This document shows, piece after piece, positions 15,648-23,182 of a DNA stretch of 34,927 nucleotides (position 1 is its first letter; each line of letters begins with the position of its first letter). The DNA is taken from positions 1 to 34,927 of the IMG/VR virus record IMGVR_UViG_3300031965_000099, one strand, 5' to 3'. The stretch is from a virus. Its lineage: Duplodnaviria > Caudoviricetes. A program made the translations under genes and the position numbers. The notes under the pieces were generated by a model that saw only the letters and a program-made list of their open reading frames with translations, made no database searches and was not told the DNA's origin.

Positions 15648-17820
15648 CTGGGGTCTCCTCGAGGAACGGCGCCAGCGACAGCGTGCCGTTCGGGTGCTCC
15701 TCGGCCGTCATCCGCGCGGCCTCGTCGGCGCCGACGATCATGCCGTCGCGGGCGATGTGCGCCGGGTCCGAGCGGCCGGGGCCGAGCCGGCCGTCGAAGA
15801 CGATGAAGCGCTCGACCCCCTCGTGGCCGGCGCGGGCCAGCGTCGAGGTGTTCTGGGCGAACTTGGTCTCGGTCCGGGCGATGGTCCGGGCCCTCGTGTC
15901 GGCCGAGGCCCACGGCCCGCCCTCGACGAAGCCGGTGATCCTGGCGGCGAGCTGGTCGGCGCCCTCGCCGGCGGCGCGGCCCTCGGCGAGGGCCTCGAAC
16001 AGCGCCCGGCGCGACTGGTCGTCGAGATCGACGAGCCCGGACCTGCGGCCGCCGGCGGCGATCACCGCGCGGGCCACCGGGTCGGGAAGGCCGGCGCCGA
16101 GGCCGAGCGCCTCGGCCGCCGCCGAGACCCCGGTCGCGACCTGGAGATAGTGGGCCTCGTAGATCCGCCGGAACGTCGTCGCGTGCAGCGGCAGCTCGAG
16201 CTGGTCGACGATGAGGCCGACGAGCAATTCGTCCTCCGGCGTCTGTTTCTCCCCCTCACCCGGCCGGCTGCGCCGGCCACCCTCTCCCGCGAGGGGAGAG
16301 GGTGAGAGGCGCTCGGCGAGGAGCGGGCGGGCGGCCTCGCCGGCGGCGCGGCCGAGCGCCTCGAAGAACGGGACGAGACGCCGCTCCATGGCCTCGGCGA
16401 GCCGGGGCGCCATCCGCTCCAGCGCCCGGATGTAGCCGCGCTGGGCGGGCGTCGGGCGCGCTCTTTGCTTTGTCCCTGTCGCGGCTTCGCCGCTCCTCGC
16501 CTCTTGTTTGATTGCGTGGCTATCGAGGCCCCGCTCGGTCCTGGCACCTGGCACCTGGCCACCTGACATCGCCGCCGGGACCTCGATCGCCGAGAACGGG
16601 CGCAGGAACACCCGGTGGCTGTCGTCGACATCGAGGCCCATCGCGGCGCGGCCCTCGGCGACCTCGGCCCAGCCGCCGCGGACCATCGTGTCCCAGCCCT
16701 GCGCGTTCTTCAGCCGCTCCTCGGCGAGCGCCGGCACCTCGGACACGTCGAACTCGCACTCTTCTTCCCTGTCGCGGCTCCGCCGCTCCCCGCCTCCCGC
16801 GGCCGCGGCGAAATCCGGCAGCAGCGAGCGCGTGATCTCGTCGGCGACCGCGCCCATCAGCGGCAGGACGCCGTTGTGCCAGGCGAGCGCCCGGAGCTCG
16901 CCCATGGTGGCGCCGACCTTGGCGGTCTGGAGCCCCGCGCCGAACCCGACCACCGCGGCCGGGATGCCGATCGCGGCGCACACCCGCTCCTCGGCCACGT
17001 CGCGGGCCACCGAGAGGTCCATCTGGCGGGGGTCGAACCCGAACTGCGCGACCTTGGTGGCCGCGCCCATGACCAGCGGATCGCCGCGGCGGTCGCCGGC
17101 GAACGACTCGCGGAGCCACTTCTTGACCGCCTCGACGTCCTCGGCCTCGACCCGGGACCCGCTTTCCGGGCTGATGACGAGGCCGGGCACGCCCATGTTG
17201 CGCAGGAGCGAGGCGACCATGTTGGAGGATTCGATGTCGACGAAGATCTCGCGGATCGCGCCATGGAGCGGCGACAGGCCGAGCCGGTTGTCGCGCGGAT
17301 CGATGCCGTGGCGGAAATGGACGATGTCGTCCGGCTCGTAGCGGACCGGCTCGTGGGCGCCGGCCGGCCGGTACTCGTAGTGGGAAACGAACCGCGAGCC
17401 GTCGGGCGGCCACTTCGGCCGGACCGTCCAGTGCGGCGCGTACCACAGCTCGCCGACCCGGCCGTTGCCGTTCCTGGCCTTGATCCAGTAGGCGTTGCCG
17501 GCGGTGTACCAGGAAAAGATGGTCGCGGCGAGGAGGTGGGTGGCGCCATAGGCCTCGTTCGGCCGGGCGATGAGCCGGGCGAGCGGATGGCCTGGGACCT
17601 CGGCCCGGTCCTCGCCGGCGCCGCGCACGATGCGGAGCCGGCCTTCGGGAAACGCGCGCTGGACCCACTGGATCGGCGCCGTCACCACCGACGCGTCGAT
17701 GCCGGTCCCGACCTCGCGGGCCCAGTCGAAGCGGGTGCGGGCGCGGTGGCCGACGAGGAGCGGCTGCTGGCCGGCGTGGCGGATGCCGAGGGCCTTGGCG
17801 GCCCAGGTGGCGAGGCTCAT
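15640..17820 (-). CDS. HK97-type portal protein fused to a Mu gpF/SPP1 gp7-like minor head domain
   Basis: Portal motifs GNAYW, DIVHFRH...GLSPL, P.LVI; C-terminal RARTIARTET...D.R...H...G...EHPN; single uninterrupted 726 aa ORF. Confidence 0.85.
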   Translation of the reverse strand: MSLATWAAKALGIRHAGQQPLLVGHRARTRFDWAREVGTGIDASVVTAPIQWVQRAFPEGRLRIVRGAGEDRAEVPGHPLARLIARPNEAYGATHLLAATIFSWYTAGNAYWIKARNGNGRVGELWYAPHWTVRPKWPPDGSRFVSHYEYRPAGAHEPVRYEPDDIVHFRHGIDPRDNRLGLSPLHGAIREIFVDIESSNMVASLLRNMGVPGLVISPESGSRVEAEDVEAVKKWLRESFAGDRRGDPLVMGAATKVAQFGFDPRQMDLSVARDVAEERVCAAIGIPAAVVGFGAGLQTAKVGATMGELRALAWHNGVLPLMGAVADEITRSLLPDFAAAAGGGERRSRDREEECEFDVSEVPALAEERLKNAQGWDTMVRGGWAEVAEGRAAMGLDVDDSHRVFLRPFSAIEVPAAMSGGQVPGARTERGLDSHAIKQEARSGEAATGTKQRARPTPAQRGYIRALERMAPRLAEAMERRLVPFFEALGRAAGEAARPLLAERLSPSPLAGEGGRRSRPGEGEKQTPEDELLVGLIVDQLELPLHATTFRRIYEAHYLQVATGVSAAAEALGLGAGLPDPVARAVIAAGGRRSGLVDLDDQSRRALFEALAEGRAAGEGADQLAARITGFVEGGPWASADTRARTIARTETKFAQNTSTLARAGHEGVERFIVFDGRLGPGRSDPAHIARDGMIVGADEAARMTAEEHPNGTLSLAPFLEETPDA
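16251..16304. repeat. REP-like double hairpin (CCCCTCACCC...CCCTCTCCC..GGGAGAGGG) in-frame in the portal-gpF gene
   Basis: GGCCGGC-TGC-GCCGGCC and CACCCTCTCCC-N5-GGGAGAGGGTG stems; encodes SPSPLAGEGGRRSRPGEG. Confidence 0.7.
16473..16506. repeat. Dispersed GTCGCGGCTYCGCCGCTCCYCGCCTC element, copy 2 (portal-gpF linker)
   Basis: TCCCTGTCGCGGCTTCGCCGCTCCTCGCCTCTTG; encodes QEARSGEAATG. Confidence 0.8.
16540..16568. repeat. Heptamer array in the opposite orientation (CCTGGCA/CCTGACA)
   Basis: CCTGGCA CCTGGCA CCTGGCCA CCTGACA. Confidence 0.7.
16766..16797. repeat. Dispersed element, copy 3 (inside the portal domain)
   Basis: TCCCTGTCGCGGCTCCGCCGCTCCCCGCCTCC; read in another frame as GGERRSRDRE. 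Confidence 0.8.
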
Positions 17821-19238
17821 GACACAGCTCCCGCGGGGATGAAGCCGTCATCGGGACCGGCGGCGGGTCGCGGACCGGCGGCGCCGATCGGGCGCCAGCG
17901 CGGCCTCTCGATGCCGGCGGCGTGGATCGCGAGGAAGCACGACCAGGCCCGGTCGGCATGGCTCTTCTGGCCCTCGTCCTCGACGACGAAGCGCGGCGCG
18001 CCGGTCGCGCTCACGCTTTTCCTGAGGGAATGGAGATCGGCCCGCAGCGCCGGGTTGCCCCCGGGGATGCGGATGCGCCGGTCCTCGAACGCCTCCTTGG
18101 CCGCGGTCGCCATCACGAGCTTGGCCGGCCCGGTGAAGATGACGCCCTCGACGCGGTGCCCGCCGTAGCGCCTGGCCGCGTCCTCGACCGGCTTCTCGCC
18201 CATGCCGGTCTGGTCCATGCAGAGCCGGGCGACATCGTAGCGCCCGAACAGCTCGTCCATGACCGCGTCCTGGGCGGCGAAGGTCGCGCGCCTGAGCTCG
18301 ACGATCTCGCGGGTCCAGAGGACATCACCGACCGGCTCCAGCACCCAGGCGACCCAGAGGTCGCCGCGCCGCGCGATGTCGTTGCCGATGAAGACCGGCT
18401 GGCCGGTGTGGAGATCGGGCCGGCCGGCGCCGTCGTGCTCGACCGACGAGATCAGCTCGTAGTCGAGCCAGGCGCTCGCCTCGTCGAGCCACTGGAGCTC
18501 GTATTCCTGGGCCCAGGCGTCCTCGTCGCCGAGCGCCCGCCTCAGCTCCTCGATGTCGCGGCGAAGGCCCTCGGCGACCGCCTGGTGGATATCGACCCGG
18601 TGGCGGGACCAGGGATCGTTTTCTCTCCCTGTCGCGGCGGAGCCTGTCCTCGGGTTCGTCTCCGCCGAATCCCGGGGGCCGCTCCCCGCCTCTTGGCCAC
18701 CGCCCGCCGTCATCAGCTCGTAGAACTTGTTGCCCTTGCCGTTGGGGGTCGAGACCACGCGCAACTTCCAGCCGGCGGAGATCACCGGGAACAGCGCGCG
18801 CCAGATCGCCCGGCTGTCGAGGTGGAAGGCGAACTCGTCGAGGAAGACGTTGGCCGAGAACCCGCGCGCGGTGTCGGGGTTGGCGGGGAGCGCGGTGATC
18901 CGGCTGCCGTTCGCGAAGGCGCATTCGAGCGCCCTGTAACGGGCGCCCGAACCGCCCTCGAAGTCGTATTCCATGGCCTCGAGCGCGACGTTGTAGGCCC
19001 TGGCGTGGGTCTGGACGCCCTCGATCATCGCCTCGCGCGCCTGGCGCTCGCCGCGGCTGAGGATCACCCAGCGGGTGCGCTTCCCGCGCGTCATTTCCTC
19101 GTAGCAGTCGTCGACGATCTCGGCCGTGGTGACGAAGGTCTTGCCGGTCTGGCGGGCGAGCATGCCGATCTTGAACCGCGCGCGGTCCATGAACCAGCGC
19201 CGCTGGTAGGGATACAGTTCGAGCGCCGGGCGGGTCAC
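17817..19238 (-). CDS. Terminase large subunit, Mu gp28-like
   Basis: ARQTGKT Walker A, VFLDEFAF Walker B, VSTPNGK, GNDIAR and DQTGMG nuclease acidic residues, HADRAW. Confidence 0.92.
   Translation of the reverse strand: MTRPALELYPYQRRWFMDRARFKIGMLARQTGKTFVTTAEIVDDCYEEMTRGKRTRWVILSRGERQAREAMIEGVQTHARAYNVALEAMEYDFEGGSGARYRALECAFANGSRITALPANPDTARGFSANVFLDEFAFHLDSRAIWRALFPVISAGWKLRVVSTPNGKGNKFYELMTAGGGQEAGSGPRDSAETNPRTGSAATGRENDPWSRHRVDIHQAVAEGLRRDIEELRRALGDEDAWAQEYELQWLDEASAWLDYELISSVEHDGAGRPDLHTGQPVFIGNDIARRGDLWVAWVLEPVGDVLWTREIVELRRATFAAQDAVMDELFGRYDVARLCMDQTGMGEKPVEDAARRYGGHRVEGVIFTGPAKLVMATAAKEAFEDRRIRIPGGNPALRADLHSLRKSVSATGAPRFVVEDEGQKSHADRAWSCFLAIHAAGIERPRWRPIGAAGPRPAAGPDDGFIPAGAVS
18626..18695. 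repeat. Dispersed element, copy 4, with a second hairpin nested in its loop (in terminase)
   Basis: TCCCTGTCGCGGC-[~39 nt incl. CCTCGGGTTCG..CGAATCCCGGGG]-GCCGCTCCCCGCCTCTTG. Confidence 0.75.
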
Positions 19239-19567
19239 AGGAGGGCCCCGTTGACGAAGCTTCCGGGCGTGACCTCGACCATGAGGGCGCCGTCGGTCGA
19301 ACGGATGTAGGAGCGGCGCCGGCCGGCGCCGCTCCTCTCTGCGCGCGGAGAGGCGGGCTTTACCCCTACGTCTGATCCGGCTGCCCGAACCAAGGGCTCC
19401 ACCGGATCGCGTCCCCCTCGGGTGCCGGGGGCCTCGCGAGCCGTACCGGACCTCTCCTCTCGGGGTGATTTTTCATGTTCGTTCGCCACGGACGGGCCGG
19501 CCATGCACCCGGGCAGCGGGCCGAACTGGCGCTCGTATTCCCCGCGCCAGTCGTATCCGCGGCTCAT
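19235..19567 (-). CDS. Hypothetical protein between the terminase subunits
   Basis: 110 aa; ATGA/GTGA overlaps on both sides; low-complexity middle. Confidence 0.5.
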   Translation of the reverse strand: MSRGYDWRGEYERQFGPLPGCMAGPSVANEHEKSPREERSGTAREAPGTRGGRDPVEPLVRAAGSDVGVKPASPRAERSGAGRRRSYIRSTDGALMVEVTPGSFVNGALL

Positions 19568-20115
19568 CGCTCGACGATCCCGTAGACCTGCTCGCGGATC
19601 GCGGCGAGCGCCTCGGGCGGCAGCACGTGGCCGTTCGCCCTCGACTGCTGGTCGGCCGCCTCGACGGCGCGATCGGCGGCTTTCTCGGCGACCGCCTGCT
19701 GGAGCTTCAGGGTGCGTTCAACGTCGAGCTTCTGGGCCGAGGCGAGCTTCTGCAGGGCGGTCGACATGAACAGGACCTGCCGCGGGTCGAGCTCGACCGG
19801 CCGGCCGTCGGCGCCGAAGTGCAGCCGGGTGAGCACCGAGTGCATCAGCTCGATGTTCATCCGCGCGACCTTGTTGTCCGGCTCCTCGCCGAGGCGGTCG
19901 ACCAGCGCCTCGGACAGGTAGCGGTTGCGGCTCGCCTCCTCGGCGATCGCGTCGAGCTGCCTGGTCCACCGGCCGACCGTCGATTTGGAGGTGGCGATGT
20001 CGAGCTCGCCGAGCTTTGCGACGATCTCCTCGATCGTGCGGCCGTCGCGGCGCAGCCGGCCGATCAGCTCGCGGATTTCCGGCGGCAGGCGCCTGATGCT
20101 CGACTGTCGGCCCAT
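19564..20115 (-). CDS. DUF3486 family, Mu gp27-like (putative terminase small subunit)
   Basis: GR.SSI.RLP.EIRE, SKS.VGR, C-terminal IRE.VYGI. Confidence 0.85.
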   Translation of the reverse strand: MGRQSSIRRLPPEIRELIGRLRRDGRTIEEIVAKLGELDIATSKSTVGRWTRQLDAIAEEASRNRYLSEALVDRLGEEPDNKVARMNIELMHSVLTRLHFGADGRPVELDPRQVLFMSTALQKLASAQKLDVERTLKLQQAVAEKAADRAVEAADQQSRANGHVLPPEALAAIREQVYGIVER

Positions 20116-20118
20116 TTC

Positions 20119-20148
20119 AGGTGCCGGGTGTCGGGTGTCGGGTGTCGG
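20119..20148. repeat. Heptamer array RGGTGYC (intergenic)
   Basis: AGGTGCC (GGGTGTC)3 directly upstream of the gp27-like start. Confidence 0.8.
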
Positions 20149-20163
20149 ACCGGATCGCGCGCA

Positions 20164-20463
20164 TCAGTGCGGGCCCGGCCGCTTGACGCCGGCGGTGGTG
20201 GCGAGGCCCTCGGCGACATCGACGCCGCGCCTTGTCGCGGTGGCGACGACCAGGTGCTCGGCCTGGGCGACGGTGAGGAGGCCCTGCTCGGCCAGCCAGT
20301 CGATCTCCGTGCGCACCCGGTCGCGCGACAGGCGGAAGCCGTAGGCGGCGAGAGCGTCGGCGAGGACCGAGTCGTTGGCGTGATAGCCGGCCTGGCGGGC
20401 CAGGACCTTGAGGATGGTGAGCCTCGCGTGCTCCGACAGGGTCCGGTCGTAGCCGGTCGTCAT
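20164..20463 (-). CDS. Mu gp26-like winged-helix protein
   Basis: RL.IL..L...GY..N.S.L, SRD.V...I.WL.EQGL, RG.DVA.G....GVKRP. Confidence 0.82.
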   Translation of the reverse strand: MTTGYDRTLSEHARLTILKVLARQAGYHANDSVLADALAAYGFRLSRDRVRTEIDWLAEQGLLTVAQAEHLVVATATRRGVDVAEGLATTAGVKRPGPH

Positions 20464-20789
20464 GATCTCGACGCCTGCATCAGGAAGTCCTCGATCCGCC
20501 GGGTCGTCCGCTCGACCCCGGAGAGCTTCTCGCCCTGGGCGCCGATGGCGCCGCGGATCTCCGACACCGCGAGGGCGAGGTCGTGCACCGCGCTCTTGTC
20601 CGGCATGTGCTGGATCGTGGTTTCGACCCGCTGCGCCCGGTCCTTCAGCCGGCCGATGTCGTCCTTCAGGTGCTCGATGCTCTCGGTGTTGGCCTTCGAC
20701 CGGGCGGTCAGCCAGACATAGATGACGGTGCCGAGGGCGAGCGCCGAGTTGGCGGCGCCGAGGGCGATGGCGATGTTGTCGATGTCCAT
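20460..20789 (-). CDS. DUF2730 family, Mu gp25-like membrane protein
   Basis: N-terminal TM, VE..I.HMP....H.L, coiled coil; syntenic with the gp26/gp27-like genes. Confidence 0.78.
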   Translation of the reverse strand: MDIDNIAIALGAANSALALGTVIYVWLTARSKANTESIEHLKDDIGRLKDRAQRVETTIQHMPDKSAVHDLALAVSEIRGAIGAQGEKLSGVERTTRRIEDFLMQASRS

Positions 20790-21154
20790 CAGCTCGGCTC
20801 CTCGCGGGTCGTCGTCAGGGGCCGGGCCGGGGCCATGTCCTCGCCCGAGCCGACGATGCAGGCGGTCCCGTCCGGATTGAGGACCGAGAACACCCAGCGC
20901 CCGTCCGGCGCGACATCGACCCTCGCCGCCGCGCCGTCATTGCCGTCGGCGAGGCCGACGAGGCCCTGCCCGCCGGAGCCGATCCGCCGCACGATCGCCC
21001 GCTCGACCGCCTCGCGCGAGGCGCAGCTCGCCTCGAACAGCACCGCCTGGGCCGACAGCGCCGGGCTGGCGGCGAGCCCGGCGAGAAGCCACAGGCCGCC
21101 GAGCCCGGCGGCGGCGGCGAGGATGGCGGCGAGGATTCGGGCCACGCCGCTCAT
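20789..21154 (-). CDS. Putative exported protein in the lysis cassette
   Basis: Hydrophobic signal-like N-terminus; C..R...G.W.....P.G..C...G pattern. Confidence 0.6.
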   Translation of the reverse strand: MSGVARILAAILAAAAGLGGLWLLAGLAASPALSAQAVLFEASCASREAVERAIVRRIGSGGQGLVGLADGNDGAAARVDVAPDGRWVFSVLNPDGTACIVGSGEDMAPARPLTTTREEPS

Positions 21155-21669
21155 CCCGCCGTCCCCGCGAGCCGGCCGCCGAAGATCGCCTTCGCGGTAT
21201 GGCCGCCGCCGTAGATGGTGAGCCAGACCGCGGCGAAGCCGAGGACGTGCTCGTAAGGCCCGATCAGAGCCGCCGTCGACCACAGCGCGTCGACGAGGGG
21301 GCCGAGGATGAACTGGACGGCGGCGATCGCCACCACCAGCCACGACATCGCCGGGCGCCAGCCCCAGGAAAAGAAGCCGCGCTCGTTCTCCTGCCTCGCG
21401 AGCAGGGCCGCGAGCTCGGCGTCGACCCGGGCGAGCGCGAGCCACTCGCCGATCCGGTCCTCCTCGAGCGCGCGGAGCTGGGCGACGGCGACCGGATCGG
21501 TCTCGATCCTCGCCGCCGCCTCCTCGGGCGTCCTGGCGCCGAGCTCGTCCAGCACCGCCTTGCCGGCCCGTTCGACGACGGCGCCCGACTTGCCGCCGAT
21601 CAGGCCGCCGAGGAGCGAGATGCCATGGCGGATCAGCACCGGCGCCAGAATGGTCGCGAGCGGGCCCAT
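21151..21669 (-). CDS. Holin, GTA 3TM-type
   Basis: E...FF..GWRPA..W motif, hydrophobic helices, Y.GGHT.K end. Confidence 0.75.
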   Translation of the reverse strand: MGPLATILAPVLIRHGISLLGGLIGGKSGAVVERAGKAVLDELGARTPEEAAARIETDPVAVAQLRALEEDRIGEWLALARVDAELAALLARQENERGFFSWGWRPAMSWLVVAIAAVQFILGPLVDALWSTAALIGPYEHVLGFAAVWLTIYGGGHTAKAIFGGRLAGTAG

Positions 21670-21833
21670 CAGAACATGCTCACGAACCAGGGCCCGGCAT
21701 ATTCGAGCGCGGCGCCGACGCCGCCGGCGATGGCGGCGACGAGGGCGGCGAGCCGGGCGCCGGCCCGGGTCCGGTCGCGGAAGACGACGCCGGCGATGAA
21801 GCCGGCGGCGAGCGCGATGAGAACGTGGGTCAT
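21669..21833 (-). CDS. Small 2-TM membrane protein (holin/antiholin candidate)
   Basis: MTHVLIALAAGFIAGVVF...LAALVAAIAGGVGAAL; GAGGAG RBS. Confidence 0.55.
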   Translation of the reverse strand: MTHVLIALAAGFIAGVVFRDRTRAGARLAALVAAIAGGVGAALEYAGPWFVSMF

Positions 21834-21837
21834 GGGA

Positions 21838-22740
21838 TCACTCCTCTCTTGTCGAGGTCGCGGCTCCGCCGCTCCCCGCCTCCTGGTCCGGGATGGCGCG
21901 GGCCTCGGCGGCGATGCGCGCCCTGAGATCGGCGAACGCCTGGAAGATGGTGACGCCGCAGAGCTCGTGGGCGACCGTCTCCCGCGACGCGGCGCGGAGA
22001 TCGGCGATGAAGTCGCGGGCCCGGGCGAGGCGCTCGGCGATGAACGCCCGGTGCCACCAGGCGATGGCGAGGGTCGCGGCGAGCGCGATCGCGAGCGCGG
22101 CCCACCACGGCAGGACCGCGGGATCGACGCCGATGTCGCGCGCCGTCTCCTGGGCATCGGGAGCCTTGCTCGCCGCGGGACCGGTGCCGACGACGACGGC
22201 GGTGCCGTCGCGGGCGGGATTGGCGCGGGAGAGCTCGAGCGCCCGCGCCTCGGTCCGGCGCAGCCGGCGGCTCCAGCCGCGGCCGAAGATCGCCCAGGCA
22301 TCGAGGCGCTGGAGCCAGCGGCGCCGGATCAGGGTCATGTTGGCGATCGTCGCCTCGGCCCGGACGGCGGCCTGGGCGGCGAGGGTGAGCGGGCCCATGA
22401 CGCCGTCCGGCGTCGCGCCGGCCGCGAACTGGAGCCACCTGACGGCGCGCGCCGGGCCCGAGTGGACCGCGCCGTCCATCACCGCGAGGTCGATGCCGGC
22501 CGCCAGCCGGTCGCCCCAGATCAGGTTCCAGTAGCGCGCCCGGTAGATCGCCATGGCGGTCGTCCGGTCGAGCGCCCTGACCGCGGCCCTCGAGACGCGG
22601 GCGACGCCGAGCCAGGCGGCGAGGGTCCGGTGGGTGACGCCCATGTTGGTGGCGCCGCCGGGGTCGCGCGGGTCATCGGCGTAGCCGCCCTCGACGGCGA
22701 GGACGTGGGCCATGACGGACGTGAAGGACGATCGAGCCAT
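21838..22740 (-). CDS. Endolysin, glycoside hydrolase family 108, with PG-binding domain and C-terminal TM helix
   Basis: EGGY.DDP.DPGGATN.G.T catalytic motif, DG.MGP.T, FG.GW..R; hydrophobic WWAALAIALAATLAIAWW. Confidence 0.88.
   Translation of the reverse strand: MARSSFTSVMAHVLAVEGGYADDPRDPGGATNMGVTHRTLAAWLGVARVSRAAVRALDRTTAMAIYRARYWNLIWGDRLAAGIDLAVMDGAVHSGPARAVRWLQFAAGATPDGVMGPLTLAAQAAVRAEATIANMTLIRRRWLQRLDAWAIFGRGWSRRLRRTEARALELSRANPARDGTAVVVGTGPAASKAPDAQETARDIGVDPAVLPWWAALAIALAATLAIAWWHRAFIAERLARARDFIADLRAASRETVAHELCGVTIFQAFADLRARIAAEARAIPDQEAGSGGAATSTREE
21857..21885. repeat. Dispersed element, copy 5 (endolysin 3' end)
   Basis: GTCGCGGCTCCGCCGCTCCCCGCCTCCTG; encodes QEAGSGGAAT. Confidence 0.8.
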
Positions 22741-22763
22741 GGCCGACGCTAACGCGGCGCCGG

Positions 22764-22797
22764 CCGGATAGCAGGGCTGACAGTGTCAGGCCCAAAC
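22764..22797 (-). promoter_or_regulatory. Putative Mor/C-activated late (lysis) promoter element
   Basis: Dyad CTGACA-G-TGTCAG at 22777-22789, centred ~-44 relative to a TAGCGT -10 candidate (22751-22746); duplicate at 14652. Confidence 0.75.
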
Positions 22798-22842
22798 GGG
22801 TGCCGGGTGCCGGGTGTCGGGGGGCAGATCTCGGGTGTCAGG
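22798..22842. repeat. Heptamer array RGGTGYC
   Basis: GGGTGCC GGGTGCC GGGTGTC ... GGGTGTC AGG. Confidence 0.8.
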
Positions 22843-23182
22843 TCCGCTCGCGCCGGATGGCGGCGCGGTGGCGGTAGACCGTGCGCATGGTGCAGCCGAG
22901 CCGGGCGGCGATCGCGCGCGCGTTGAGGCCGCGATCGTCGAGCGCCGCGATCGTGCGCCTCGTCTCCGCCTCGCCCGGGGTCCTCGCGAGCGGCACGTCG
23001 ACATGGCCGCAGCCGAGATCGCGGCGGATGGCGCGGGCGGCGTCGAAGCCGACCAGCCGGCACAGCGGATGATCGGCGGGAAGCCGCTCGGGGATGTAGA
23101 GCCGGCGGCCGCCGAACGCTGCCGCGATCCTGGTCGCGGCGGTCTCGCCGGCGGCGTCGGCGATGCGGGCGAGGATGCTCAT
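22838..23182 (-). CDS. Mor/C-family transcriptional activator
   Basis: FGG.RLYIP dimerisation motif, VG..AA..I, C-terminal HTH IA.RLGCT.RTVYR; follows gemA and precedes the lysis genes. Confidence 0.82.
   Translation of the reverse strand: MSILARIADAAGETAATRIAAAFGGRRLYIPERLPADHPLCRLVGFDAARAIRRDLGCGHVDVPLARTPGEAETRRTIAALDDRGLNARAIAARLGCTMRTVYRHRAAIRRERT

Noticed and set aside
18620-18700. Intein or intron in the terminase
   Set aside because: The insertion is only ~30 codons, lacks intein C/S...HN termini and is too short for a self-splicing intron
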